32,000 bases of DNA from Bellilinea caldifistulae (GCF_001306055.1 NZ_LGHJ01000001.1:1-32000); one strand, 5' to 3'. Positions 8,127 to 16,799 are shown, counted from the first letter of the stretch. Program-made: numbers and translations. The notes: generated by a model from the letters alone, not told the origin.

Positions 8127-8711
8127 ATGACCAGTCCGCGCGAAAAGATTATCCTGACCACCTGTGACCTGCTGGAACGGCAGGGCTATCACGCCAGCGG
8201 CCTGAACGAAATCATCCAGGCCAGCGGCGCGCCGAAAGGCTCGCTGTATCACTACTTCCCCGGCGGAAAGACCGAGATTGCCGTGGAAGCCGTCCACAGC
8301 GCAGCCGAAGCCACCGCGCGAATCATCGAAGATCACCTGGCCGGTTATGACGACCCGGCCGAGGGCATCCGCGCCCTGCTGGAAGAAATTGCCCGGCGGG
8401 TGGAGCAATCCGGTTTCGCCGCCGGCGGGCCGTTGATGCTGGTGGCGCTGGAAACGGTTACCAGCAGTCCGCCGATCAATCAGGCCTGCCGCCGGGCTTA
8501 CCAGCAAATTCAGGCAGTGTTCAGCCGGCGGTTGATGGCGGCGGGTGTGAACCCCTCGGCCGCCGAATCGCTCGGCCTGCTGATCGTCGCGGTCATCGAG
8601 GGGGCAACCCTGCTCAGCCGGACGCTGCACGATGCCCGTCCGCTGCGCGAGGCGGCCGGCTTTCTGGCGGAGCAGATCCGTCAAAATCTCACATCTCAGA
8701 ACGGAGGTTAA
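8127..8711 (+). CDS. TetR/AcrR family transcriptional regulator
   Basis: N-terminal HTH REKIILTTCDLLERQGYHASGLNEIIQASGAPKGSLYHYFPGGKTEI. Confidence 0.9.
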   Translation: MTSPREKIILTTCDLLERQGYHASGLNEIIQASGAPKGSLYHYFPGGKTEIAVEAVHSAAEATARIIEDHLAGYDDPAEGIRALLEEIARRVEQSGFAAGGPLMLVALETVTSSPPINQACRRAYQQIQAVFSRRLMAAGVNPSAAESLGLLIVAVIEGATLLSRTLHDARPLREAAGFLAEQIRQNLTSQNGG

Positions 8712-8714
8712 GAC

Positions 8715-9146
8715 TTGGACTCGCCACACACTTCCCCAACGGTGGACCGGAACAAAATCCCGCGCGCGGCGGCGCTGGCGGTGGGCTACTCGGTAGCCGC
8801 CAACCTGATTGCCCGTCAGTTGCTTTCGCTGGTGATCGAATTCCCGCCCGGCTTTTTACCGCTCACCCCCGGCCCCATTGCCGTTTTCACACTGATCGGC
8901 ACGGCGCTGGGCGGGCTGGTCTTCTGGCTGATGGCGCGGGTGATGCCCAACCCCCTCCGTCCCTTTCAGGTGATTGCCTGGGTAGCGCTGGTGCTTTCCG
9001 TCCTTCCCAACCTGGCCTTGATGGGCAATCCCCAAATGGCCCCCATGCCGGGCGGCACGCCTCAGGCTTTTGGTGTGCTGATCGTCTTCCACGTCATTGC
9101 CGGAGTGATTACGATTTTTGTGCTCAGCCGCATGACAAGGGAGTGA
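8715..9146 (+). CDS. Small integral membrane protein (about 4 TM helices), family not assignable by eye
   Basis: TTG start 8 nt after GGAGG (8703-8707), 3 nt after the TetR stop. Four hydrophobic segments. Likely co-transcribed with TetR. Confidence 0.65.
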   Translation: MDSPHTSPTVDRNKIPRAAALAVGYSVAANLIARQLLSLVIEFPPGFLPLTPGPIAVFTLIGTALGGLVFWLMARVMPNPLRPFQVIAWVALVLSVLPNLALMGNPQMAPMPGGTPQAFGVLIVFHVIAGVITIFVLSRMTRE

Positions 9147-9163
9147 AGGGGGAGGAATTTTCC

Positions 9164-9192
9164 TTGACACCGACCCAGGAAAACCGTACAAT
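9164..9192 (+). promoter_or_regulatory. Near-consensus promoter for the cobalamin riboswitch operon
   Basis: TTGACA (9164-9169), a 17-nt spacer, then TACAAT (9187-9192). Confidence 0.6.
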
Positions 9193-9210
9193 CTAGTTAC
9201 AATTGAATGA

Positions 9211-9340
9211 GTGCCTGCGGGGTGCCCCATTCCCCGGATGGAAAGGCTGAAAGGCGAAACCGGTGCAAGTCCGGTGCTGACGCGCAACTGTAATTTCGGC
9301 AAACCTGCCGAATAAGCCAGGCCGCCCGCCCGGCAGGCGT
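9211..9340 (+). promoter_or_regulatory. Cobalamin (B12) riboswitch aptamer
   Basis: GAAAGGCGAAACCGGTGCAAGTCCGGTGCTGACGCGCAACTGTAA matches the conserved core (GGUG..A.UCC...GCUGACGCGCA.C.GUAA). B12-box-like AAGCCAGGCCGCCCGCC at 9313 onward. P1 is GCCTGC (9213-9218) / GCAGGC (9333-9338). Confidence 0.87.
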
Positions 9341-9400
9341 TCACCACACTCTCGCGGAAAGGAGGTGGGGAACATTGGACTGGCAACACCGCAAATTCCG

Positions 9401-9443
9401 ATCTCTCCCCTCCCTGCCCGCAACCGGCAGGGAGATTTTGTTG
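9401..9443 (+). terminator. Candidate riboswitch terminator
   Basis: CTCCCTGCC (9410-9418) pairs with GGCAGGGAG (9426-9434), followed by ATTTTGTTG. Confidence 0.55.
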
Positions 9444-9553
9444 GGTGAGCCAGCGCCGCCTTTTACCAAAATTCCCATTCCCTGAACCCCGCTGGCTCGT
9501 CCAGCAGCCTGTTTCCAAACCCAAAACCCATTCAATCGGAAAGGTTTTTTGAA

Positions 9554-10486
9554 ATGAAACGTCATGGCGTTCTACTCGTCTTTGTTTTGCTGCTGACTCT
9601 TGTGTTGGGCGCCTGCGCTCAGCCTGCCACGCCGGCGGCAACCCCCACTGCCAGCCCCATTGTGATGACCGACGGCCTCGGCCGCACGGTGACACTGGCT
9701 GCCCCGGCTCAACGGGTGATTTCCCTGGCGCCCTCCAATACCGAGATTTTGTACGCCGTTGGCGCCGGCAGTCAGGTGGTCGGCCGCGATAATTTCAGTA
9801 ACTACCCGCCGGAGGCGCTGGAACTGCCCGGACTGGGTGATTTTATGGGCTTCTCGATTGAGCAAATCGTCGCCCTCAACCCCGACCTGGTGCTGCTGGC
9901 CGAAATTCACCCGCCGGAGCTGGTTAAATCCCTCGAAGATGCCGGTTTGACGGTGTTTTACCTGAAAAATCCCCTCACCATGGAAGAAATGTACCCGATG
10001 CTGATCACGGTTGGCGAGCTGACCGGCCACAAGGCCGAGGCTGAAACGCTGGTCACCCAACTGAGCGTGCGGGTGGCAGCCGTCCAGCAGAAACTGGCAA
10101 ACATTGAAGAGCGGCCGACCGTCTTTTACGAAATTGACGGCACCGATCCCTCCAAACCGTGGACAACCGGCAACGGCACGTTCATTGACACGCTGTTGGA
10201 GATGGCCAAAGCCGAAAATGTCGGTCGGGCAATGGGCAGCCAATACGGGCAGATGAGCATCGAAGCCCTGCTGGAAGCCGACCCCGACTTCATCCTGCTG
10301 GGGGATGCCAATTTTGGGGTTACCCCCGAACAGGTGGCTGCCCGCCCCGGTTGGGGTGAATTGACCGCCGTCAAAGAAGGGCGTGTCCTTCCATTCAACG
10401 ATGACCTGGCCAGCCGCCCCGGCCCGCGGTTGGTGGACGGGCTGGAAGAACTGGCGCGCATTCTTCACGCTGTGCCTGTGCCTTGA
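9554..10486 (+). CDS. btuF: Cobalamin/siderophore-type ABC substrate-binding lipoprotein (BtuF-like)
   Basis: Lipobox LVLGAC. The VISLAPSNTEILYAVGAGSQVVG motif is typical of the class III periplasmic binding protein family. The gene sits downstream of a B12 riboswitch. Confidence 0.85.
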   Translation: MKRHGVLLVFVLLLTLVLGACAQPATPAATPTASPIVMTDGLGRTVTLAAPAQRVISLAPSNTEILYAVGAGSQVVGRDNFSNYPPEALELPGLGDFMGFSIEQIVALNPDLVLLAEIHPPELVKSLEDAGLTVFYLKNPLTMEEMYPMLITVGELTGHKAEAETLVTQLSVRVAAVQQKLANIEERPTVFYEIDGTDPSKPWTTGNGTFIDTLLEMAKAENVGRAMGSQYGQMSIEALLEADPDFILLGDANFGVTPEQVAARPGWGELTAVKEGRVLPFNDDLASRPGPRLVDGLEELARILHAVPVP

Positions 10487-10496
10487 TGAGGATGGC

Positions 10497-11528
10497 ATGA
10501 AGGGACGCATTGTTCACCCATTCTGGATCGCTCTGGTTGCCCTGCTGGCTGCCCTGCTGTTGAGCGTGCTGGTGGGCAGTGTGTCCCTTTCCCTGATGGA
10601 CATGGCCCGGGTGGTGGCGGCGCGGTTGAGCGGAACCGAAATCGGCGGCGACCTGCGCGTGGCGGATACCATTCTCTTCTCCCTGCGCCTGCCGCGCACC
10701 GCCCTGGTAGCGCTGACCGGATCGGCGCTGGCGGTGTGCGGCACGTCCTATCAGGGACTGTTTCGCAATCCGCTGGCCGACCCCTATCTGATCGGTGTGG
10801 CTTCGGGGGCCGGTTTGGGGGCGGTGATTGCACTCAGCCTGCGCTGGCGCTATGATGCGCTTGGCTTGCTGGCTGTGCCGCTGGCTTCGTTCAGCGGGGC
10901 AGTCCTTACGGTTTTGATGGTGGTCATGCTGGCGCGGGTTGGGCGCTCCCTGCCGGTCACCAATCTGCTGCTGGCGGGGGTGGCGGTCAACTCCTTCACC
11001 GGCGCGATGACTTCCTTCCTGCTGCTGCGCTCAACCGGTGAACTGCGCCGGGCGATTGCCTGGCTGATGGGCGGATCGGCGATGGGCGGCTGGCAGCCGG
11101 TGCTGGCGGTGCTGCCCTACTGGCTGATCGGGCTGGGGATTTTGATGACGATGGGACACGCCCTCAATGTCATGCAGTTTGGCGATGAGCAGGCCCAGCA
11201 GTTAGGATTACCGGTTGAGGCGACCCGCTGGGTGATCATTGCGGTTTCCTCGCTGGCGACAGCAGCGGCGGTTTCGTTTACCGGCATCATCGGTTTCGTC
11301 GGGCTGATTGTCCCGCACCTGCTGCGCCTGCTGACCGGCGGCGACTACCGCCGTCTGCTGCCGCTCTCTTTGCTGGGCGGGGCGGCTTTTCTGTTGGTTG
11401 CGGACGTGCTGGCACGGGTGGTCATGACTCCCCAGGAATTACCGGTTGGGATCATCACCGCCCTGGCCGGCGCACCTTTCTTTATCTGGATTTTGCGGCG
11501 TTCGCGCACGCTTCCCTATTGGAGTTGA
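10497..11528 (+). CDS. btuC: FecCD-family ABC permease (BtuC-like)
   Basis: Start MKGRIVHPFW follows GAGGA. Multi-TM FecCD features are present (LRLPRTALVALTGSALAVCG, GIIGFVGLIVPHLLRLL). The track ORF start at 10383 overlaps btuF and is rejected. Confidence 0.9.
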   Translation: MKGRIVHPFWIALVALLAALLLSVLVGSVSLSLMDMARVVAARLSGTEIGGDLRVADTILFSLRLPRTALVALTGSALAVCGTSYQGLFRNPLADPYLIGVASGAGLGAVIALSLRWRYDALGLLAVPLASFSGAVLTVLMVVMLARVGRSLPVTNLLLAGVAVNSFTGAMTSFLLLRSTGELRRAIAWLMGGSAMGGWQPVLAVLPYWLIGLGILMTMGHALNVMQFGDEQAQQLGLPVEATRWVIIAVSSLATAAAVSFTGIIGFVGLIVPHLLRLLTGGDYRRLLPLSLLGGAAFLLVADVLARVVMTPQELPVGIITALAGAPFFIWILRRSRTLPYWS

Positions 11529-11530
11529 CC

Positions 11531-12334
11531 ATGCTTGAAGTTTCCCACCTGACGGTTGGTTACGGCAGCAAGCCGGTTTTGAAAGATGTCAGTTTTCGGC
11601 TGGCGGATGGCGAGATTCTGGCGGTGATCGGCCCGAACGGTGCGGGTAAATCCACGCTGGTACGCGCCCTCAGTGGTATTTTGCCGCCTCAGTGCGGTTC
11701 AATCCGCTACAACGGGCGAGACCTTTGCTCGCTTTCGGTACAGGAACGCGCCCGGATGATCGCGGTTGTGCCTCAGGCGCGTAACCTGCCGGCCGGGTTT
11801 ACAGCCTGGCAGGTCGTTTCGCTGGGACGCACTCCCTACCTGAACTGGTTTGGTCAGCTAAGCCCCGCCGATGAAGAGCTGGTTCGGGAAGCCATGCGCC
11901 GCACCGATACGGCTCATCTGGCTGAACGGCTGGTGGGGGAGCTTTCCGGCGGCGAATTGCAGCGCCTGCTGCTGGCGCGCGCCCTGGTGCAGGCCACCCC
12001 GGTCATGCTGCTGGATGAACCGACCACTCACCTTGATTTACAGTACCAAATCGGCCTGCTTAACCGCGTGGTGGAAGTAGTCCGCCAGCCGATCAGCGGT
12101 AACGGCAACGGTAAACCGCACTCACCGGCGGCGCTGGTGGTGCTGCATGACCTGAATCTGGTGGCGCGGTATGCCGACCGGGTACTGCTGATGGTGGATG
12201 GCTGTGTGCGTTCCTGCGGGACGGTCAGCGATGTGCTGCGCCCGGCGATGTTGAGCGAGGCATTCGGTGTACCGCTGGAGGTCATGCGCAGCCCGAATGG
12301 AAAATACCCGCTGGTTGTGCCGCTGATGGCCTGA
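11531..12334 (+). CDS. btuD: ABC ATP-binding protein (BtuD/FepC-like)
   Basis: Walker A GPNGAGKST, signature LSGGELQRL, Walker B MLLDEPTTHLD. The ATG lies 6 nt after GGAG. Confidence 0.9.
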   Translation: MLEVSHLTVGYGSKPVLKDVSFRLADGEILAVIGPNGAGKSTLVRALSGILPPQCGSIRYNGRDLCSLSVQERARMIAVVPQARNLPAGFTAWQVVSLGRTPYLNWFGQLSPADEELVREAMRRTDTAHLAERLVGELSGGELQRLLLARALVQATPVMLLDEPTTHLDLQYQIGLLNRVVEVVRQPISGNGNGKPHSPAALVVLHDLNLVARYADRVLLMVDGCVRSCGTVSDVLRPAMLSEAFGVPLEVMRSPNGKYPLVVPLMA

Positions 12335-12365
12335 TTTTCTGGCATAATTGGGCACAGGAAAAGTC

Positions 12366-12644
12366 ATGCAGGTCAATCTCTACGCTACCTTTCGGCTGAT
12401 TGCCGGCGCCCGCAGCCTTGAACTGGACTTACCGGAAGGCATAACCGTGCGGCAGGCGGTGGATGAAATTCTCGCCCGTCTGCCGGATTTACGCCCGCAC
12501 TGGGTGAATGCCCAAAACGAAATCCATGCTCATGTGCATGGATTCGTCAACGGCAAGGATGTCAGCACCCTGCCGCAGGGTTGGGAAACACCCCTCCAAA
12601 GCGGGGATGTGCTGGACTTCTTTCCGCCAGTGGCGGGGGGATGA
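12366..12644 (+). CDS. MoaD/ThiS-family ubiquitin-like sulfur-carrier protein (C-terminal GG)
   Basis: MQVNLYATFRLIAG...ITVRQAVDEI...VNGKDV...LQSGDVLDFFPPVAGG-stop. This is the beta-grasp pattern with a terminal Gly-Gly. Confidence 0.75.
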   Translation: MQVNLYATFRLIAGARSLELDLPEGITVRQAVDEILARLPDLRPHWVNAQNEIHAHVHGFVNGKDVSTLPQGWETPLQSGDVLDFFPPVAGG

Positions 12645-12648
12645 TGCC

Positions 12649-13047
12649 TCAGGCGACCACTTTGGTTTGAATGTGGAAGCGCGGCGGCTGCTCCATGTGC
12701 TTTTTCACGGCACACTGTTCAGCCGAGCGCACCAGCGCATCGTAGTACTTTTGCGGAAATTCGGGCGGGACTTGAATTTCCATCTCGATTTCTTCTACCA
12801 TGCCGGTCAGCGGATTGCGCCGGTCACGCTGCACAATCCGAATACCGTCGGTGGGCAGGCCGCGCTGACGGCAGAAACCCAGCACGTAAATACCGGCGCA
12901 GGTGGCCAGTGAAGCCAGAAACACGGCAAAGGGGGTGGGGGCAGAACCTTCACCGCCGCCCATCGGGGGTTGGTCGGTGCGAACGGTGTAGGGGCCAAAC
13001 TGGGCATCCACCCGCGCACCGCCGGGGAAGTAAACAACCATTTCCAT
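12649..13047 (-). CDS. OsmC/Ohr-family protein
   Basis: GEGSAPTPFAVFLASLATCAGI and RSAEQCAVKKH carry the two conserved Cys of the OsmC family. GGAGAG lies upstream of the ATG. Confidence 0.85.
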   Translation of the reverse strand: MEMVVYFPGGARVDAQFGPYTVRTDQPPMGGGEGSAPTPFAVFLASLATCAGIYVLGFCRQRGLPTDGIRIVQRDRRNPLTGMVEEIEMEIQVPPEFPQKYYDALVRSAEQCAVKKHMEQPPRFHIQTKVVA

Positions 13048-13090
13048 GTGTGAATTCTCTCCAGAATGAAGTTTTACCTTTGGTTAGATG

Positions 13091-14407
13091 CTACTGGGGC
13101 TTTAAGGTTGCAGGAACAGGCGAAACCGGCTGCTCTTTACCAAGCGGGTACCAGAAAAAGCGCCAGTACAGGAAAATGGAGATCATATACAGCACCAGCG
13201 TGGCGGCAAAGGCTGGCTGAAAACCGTAGTTGACCTGGATCCAGCCGCTGATTTGCGGGGAAAATGCCCAGCCGACATTGTTGGCCATGCTCACCAGACT
13301 GGCAACGGTGGCTCGTGCCGAAGGCTCGACTTTCTCCATGACAAACGTCTGATAAACCGGCAGGCTCATGTTCATCAGGGTCAGGCGGATGTAGTAGGCC
13401 GCCGCGCTGACCGCAAACCACGGCGCAAAGCCCAACAGCACCAGGAAGGGGATGGAGAGGGCCTGAGTGATGACCACCAGTTGAATCTTACCAAACCGGT
13501 CGGCCAGCGGCGGGGCAATCAGTAAGCCGACCCCCATCGCCAGCGAACCCCACGCAAACATGGCGCCGATTACCGGGTCGGGCTGATGATGCACATTGCG
13601 GAAAAAGACATTCATGAAGGGCATGATCAGCCCGGCGCCCAGCGAAGTTACCAGCATGGGCAGAATCAGTTTGCCCAACAGGCGCGAGTGCTGACCGAAA
13701 TATGCCAGCGGTGCAAACACCGAGCGTTTATCGCGGGCCAGGCGCACCGGGCGCAAAAAAAGCAACGGCAGAATGCCGACCGAACCGGCAACGGCAATGG
13801 CAGCCAGCGCGCCGCCGTAAGCCGAAGGACTGGTGGGGGCGCTGCCCTGCAGACTCCCGATCCAGGTGGGTAGGTAACCGCCGATCCAGTTGCCGAAGAA
13901 AGCCGAAGCCATTTGCAATCCGGAGGTAAAACTGAACAGGTAAGTACGCTCTTTTTCGCCGCTGTTTTCCATCAGGAAAGGCCCCATCGTTACACCGGTC
14001 AGGCTTTGTGCCAGCCCCAGTACAATGTTCATCAGCACAAAGGTCAGCGCCGAGGGGAACAGCACCATCACCCCCACCGCCAGCCCCAGCACAGCCGTAC
14101 CGATGATCAGGGCGGTTTTGTGGCCGATGTTGTCCACCAGATAACCCATCGGCAGGGCAGACAGCAAAGCGGTCAGGCTGGAGGTGGTAATCAACGTACC
14201 GAGCAGGGCTTCGTCATAGCCCAGCGAGAGGACGTAAAAATTGAACAGCAGGCGGTAAACCCCCATGGCTGCACCGCTGAGGATGACACTGGTCAGGTAC
14301 AGACGGGCGTTGGGTTGAAAGGCGCGCACGCGGTCAAAATAACTGGCTAAAACGCGAGAAGCGCGGGGGAAGAGACGGCTGATTTTCAAGGGTTGTCCTC
14401 CATCCAT
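13091..14407 (-). CDS. MFS transporter (about 12 TM)
   Basis: 438 aa, hydrophobic throughout, with an MFS-like loop LPMGYLVDNIGHK between TM2 and TM3. Confidence 0.87.
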   Translation of the reverse strand: MDGGQPLKISRLFPRASRVLASYFDRVRAFQPNARLYLTSVILSGAAMGVYRLLFNFYVLSLGYDEALLGTLITTSSLTALLSALPMGYLVDNIGHKTALIIGTAVLGLAVGVMVLFPSALTFVLMNIVLGLAQSLTGVTMGPFLMENSGEKERTYLFSFTSGLQMASAFFGNWIGGYLPTWIGSLQGSAPTSPSAYGGALAAIAVAGSVGILPLLFLRPVRLARDKRSVFAPLAYFGQHSRLLGKLILPMLVTSLGAGLIMPFMNVFFRNVHHQPDPVIGAMFAWGSLAMGVGLLIAPPLADRFGKIQLVVITQALSIPFLVLLGFAPWFAVSAAAYYIRLTLMNMSLPVYQTFVMEKVEPSARATVASLVSMANNVGWAFSPQISGWIQVNYGFQPAFAATLVLYMISIFLYWRFFWYPLGKEQPVSPVPATLKPQ

Positions 14408-14416
14408 GGGGAAAAT

Positions 14417-15472
14417 TCAGGATTCTTCACTGGTGTCGAGGAAGTTGTGGAGCGTGGTCAGGGCTTCGTCCAGTCCTTCACGGCGCAGGTCGTAGCGGCG
14501 TTCGCCGTCGGCATCCAGCCGGATATGCACCAGGCCAGCCCGACGTAAGGCATTGAGGTGATGAATGACGGTCGGGGCGCGCAGGCGCAGGCGCCCGGCC
14601 AGGGCAGCCGGGGTGAGCGGCTGCTGAGCCAGAAAGCGCAAAATCCGCAAGCGGGTGGGGTCGCCCAGGGCTTTGAAGGTATCCACCAGCGCGAGGGGGA
14701 CGGCGCCCCCACCCGCCAGGGAAAGATGAGCCGGTCGGCAGCCGAACACCAGCAGAGCGCGCTCCCCATCCAACCGCTGGAAGAAAATGAAGGGCGTGCT
14801 CCAGTAGGAGGGAATCAGGGTCAGGTGGCGGATTTGCTGGATTTCCGCAATACTCACCCCACGCGTGAGGGTCTCGATGACCTGAGGCAGGGGCAATTCA
14901 TTCAGCAGACGGGTGGCCTGCTGAGTCCCGTTTTCCAGCGGGGTTTGCAGGCGGCTTTCCTCTTCGCGGAAGTACAGGTTGTGGTAAGCGCGCAGGGCCT
15001 CCAGCCAGACCTCGCCAAAGGCGGCCGGGTTCGACCACGCTTCAATCCAGTATTCGAGTGTGGCGGGCGGCGGGAGGTGGCGCTTGTTGTCCAGTTCGGC
15101 TTTCAGCAGAGCGCGCATGGCGGGGGTTGCCCGGCCGGTTGCAGCGATTTCCAGCAGGGCGTTGCGCACTTCCGGGCGCAGTTCAGCGGTGAAGGTCAGA
15201 CGGGGCAGGCGTTCGGCAGCCGGGATTTGTGCCAGCGCGTTCAGCACCGAATCAGCATCTTTGCGTGGCAGGGGTAAGTCGTGCAGCCAGCCGAGCGGTA
15301 CGCCCAGAAAGGGCAGGCTGCGCTCGAAAAACTCGCGCTGTGCGGCCGGCAGGCGCGAGCGCACCCCCGCCGCCCACGAGGGCCGCAGACCAAAATCGGC
15401 CGGGTTGTGCAGCACAATCAGGCTGATAAAGAAGTCGTAGGCAGTTGCGGTTTCAAAAGTTATTTCAGGCAT
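14417..15472 (-). CDS. ArsR-family winged-HTH regulator with a large (~240 aa) N-terminal domain of unknown function
   Basis: C-terminal FKALGDPTRLRILRFLAQQPLTPAALAGRLRLRAPTVIHHLNALRRAGLV is a classic ArsR/SmtB HTH. The N-terminal two-thirds has no motif I recognise. Confidence 0.85.
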   Translation of the reverse strand: MPEITFETATAYDFFISLIVLHNPADFGLRPSWAAGVRSRLPAAQREFFERSLPFLGVPLGWLHDLPLPRKDADSVLNALAQIPAAERLPRLTFTAELRPEVRNALLEIAATGRATPAMRALLKAELDNKRHLPPPATLEYWIEAWSNPAAFGEVWLEALRAYHNLYFREEESRLQTPLENGTQQATRLLNELPLPQVIETLTRGVSIAEIQQIRHLTLIPSYWSTPFIFFQRLDGERALLVFGCRPAHLSLAGGGAVPLALVDTFKALGDPTRLRILRFLAQQPLTPAALAGRLRLRAPTVIHHLNALRRAGLVHIRLDADGERRYDLRREGLDEALTTLHNFLDTSEES

Positions 15473-15478
15473 GGCCGA

Positions 15479-15514
15479 TTAGATTATTATCTAATTTATT
15501 AGATGATAATCTAA
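15479..15514. promoter_or_regulatory. 36-bp palindromic candidate operator upstream of the ArsR-MFS-OsmC operon
   Basis: TTAGATTATTATCTAA-TTTA-TTAGATGATAATCTAA: 16-nt arms with 1 mismatch, starting 7 nt upstream of the ArsR start codon. Confidence 0.55.
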
Positions 15515-15673
15515 TCTGGCAATGGGGTCAAGAAATTGGTAATGTCTGGATGAATTACAGCGGTCTGTGGCGGGTTTATCCCCCCGGCGTATTTGTTCTG
15601 GCGCAAATGAGCGCCGGTCAAAATGTGGTATGCTGAACCCACCAAGAAAATTCACCGGTCAATGGAGTTGAAT

Positions 15674-15862
15674 ATGAACACCTCACAACCCGAATGTGTT
15701 TACTGCGCTCGAAGCGCGCAGGAAGTTCCCCTCTTGTCCCTGCGCTTTCAGGAAACCCAATTCTGGATTTGCCCCCAGCACCTGCCCATTTTGATTCATC
15801 AGCCGGAGCGATTGAGTGGTAAACTGCCCGGCGTGGAAAATCTCGAACCCCACGAACATTAA
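15674..15862 (+). CDS. Small Cys-containing protein (CxxC...CPxH), unknown function
   Basis: MNTSQPECVYCARSAQEVPLLSLRFQETQFWICPQHLPILIHQPERL... The ATG lies 6 nt after GGAG (15664-15667), and a strong terminator follows. Confidence 0.5.
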   Translation: MNTSQPECVYCARSAQEVPLLSLRFQETQFWICPQHLPILIHQPERLSGKLPGVENLEPHEH

Positions 15863-15880
15863 GACAACCCTCACGCAATC

Positions 15881-15915
15881 AAAAGACTGCCTGTCATTGT
15901 ACAGGCAGTCTTTTA
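15881..15915 (+). terminator. Intrinsic terminator
   Basis: AAAAGACTGCCTGT-CATTG-TACAGGCAGTCTTTT, a perfect 14-bp stem ending in a T-run. Confidence 0.75.
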
Positions 15916-16033
15916 TATGGTAAACCTCACCCCCGCCTCAGCGAAAAGTGGGACTTTTTGGATGATGATTGTCTGTCTAATCATGATTTTTGCCACTATC
16001 AGGAAAGGCGCGCTTTTTATTAAGATAGGTGCA

Positions 16034-16498
16034 ATGTCAACAGCGGAATTTCGCAATTTTTCGATCTTTGAAGGGTTGAGCCCTGCCAAAATCGAGTGGC
16101 TGGCGAGCCAGTTCGAGCAGCAGTGGCTGCCTGCCAACCATACCATCTTCCGACAGGGCGATTCCGCCGATTATCTCTACCTTCTGGCTACCGGAAAGGT
16201 TATAATTCGATATAAGCCGTATGACGGCCCGCCGCTGACCGTGGCAACCATTCAGCCGGGTGAAATTTTCGGCTGGTCGGCGGTGCTGGGCAGGCACATT
16301 TACACCTCGGCAGCGGTGACTCTGGAACCTAGCCGCCTGTACCGCATTCTGGGCAGCCGTCTGCAAACCGTGTGTGATGAATGCCCGGAGACCGGGGCAA
16401 TGCTTTACCAGCGCCTGGCCAGGGTTGCCGGCGAGCAAAAAAAAACATTTGCATACCGAGAGCGAGTTGTTGCGGGTACTGACTTCCAATATGGATAA
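16034..16498 (+). CDS. Cyclic-nucleotide-binding-domain-only protein (Crp/Fnr effector domain, no HTH)
   Basis: FSIFEGLSPAKIEWLASQ...IFRQGDSADYLYLLATGKVIIR...GEIFGWSAVLG.. is the cNMP-binding beta-barrel pattern. The protein ends ~40 aa after it, with no DNA-binding domain. The start is uncertain (the track ORF opens at 15917, inside the terminator). Confidence 0.75.
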   Translation: MSTAEFRNFSIFEGLSPAKIEWLASQFEQQWLPANHTIFRQGDSADYLYLLATGKVIIRYKPYDGPPLTVATIQPGEIFGWSAVLGRHIYTSAAVTLEPSRLYRILGSRLQTVCDECPETGAMLYQRLARVAGEQKKTFAYRERVVAGTDFQYG

Positions 16499-16527
16499 AA
16501 ATGGGGATTGTTACCGGAGGATTGAAC

Positions 16528-16785
16528 ATGGGCGACGCTGAAATTCCTGCATACAGCATTGAGGAACAATTGCGCGGTCTGATCGAGCAATTGAGCGCCT
16601 ATATCGAAACTTACCACGGCGGTGAGGTGGAATATATCGGCTTTGATGGCAAAGTGGTCAAAGTGCGCCTGGGCGGGGCCTGTCTCGGCTGCCCGCTTTC
16701 ACCGGTGACCCTCAAAGGCTGGGTGGAAGGCACCATCAAACAATTCTTCCCCGAAATCCACGTTGAGGAAGAAAGCGCCTCATAA
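16528..16785 (+). CDS. NifU-like (Nfu C-terminal domain) Fe-S scaffold/carrier protein
   Basis: HGGEVEYIGFDGKVVKVRLGGACLGCPLSPVTLKGWVEGTIKQFFPEI contains the Nfu CxxC motif. The ATG at 16528 lies 7 nt after GGAGG. An alternative start is at 16501. Confidence 0.85.
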   Translation: MGDAEIPAYSIEEQLRGLIEQLSAYIETYHGGEVEYIGFDGKVVKVRLGGACLGCPLSPVTLKGWVEGTIKQFFPEIHVEEESAS

Positions 16786-16799
16786 AATTTCGGGCTGGT

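Noticed and set aside
8856-9695. 279-aa minus-strand ORF spanning the end of the membrane-protein gene, the B12 riboswitch and the btuF start.
   Set aside because: It overlaps a structured RNA and two better-supported genes, and its composition is shadow-frame-like.
15917-16033. Upstream extension of the cNMP-domain ORF (MVNLTPASAK...).
   Set aside because: Its ATG sits inside the T-run of the preceding terminator. The cNMP-binding fold begins near the Met at 16034. A start at 15962 giving a TM helix cannot be fully excluded.
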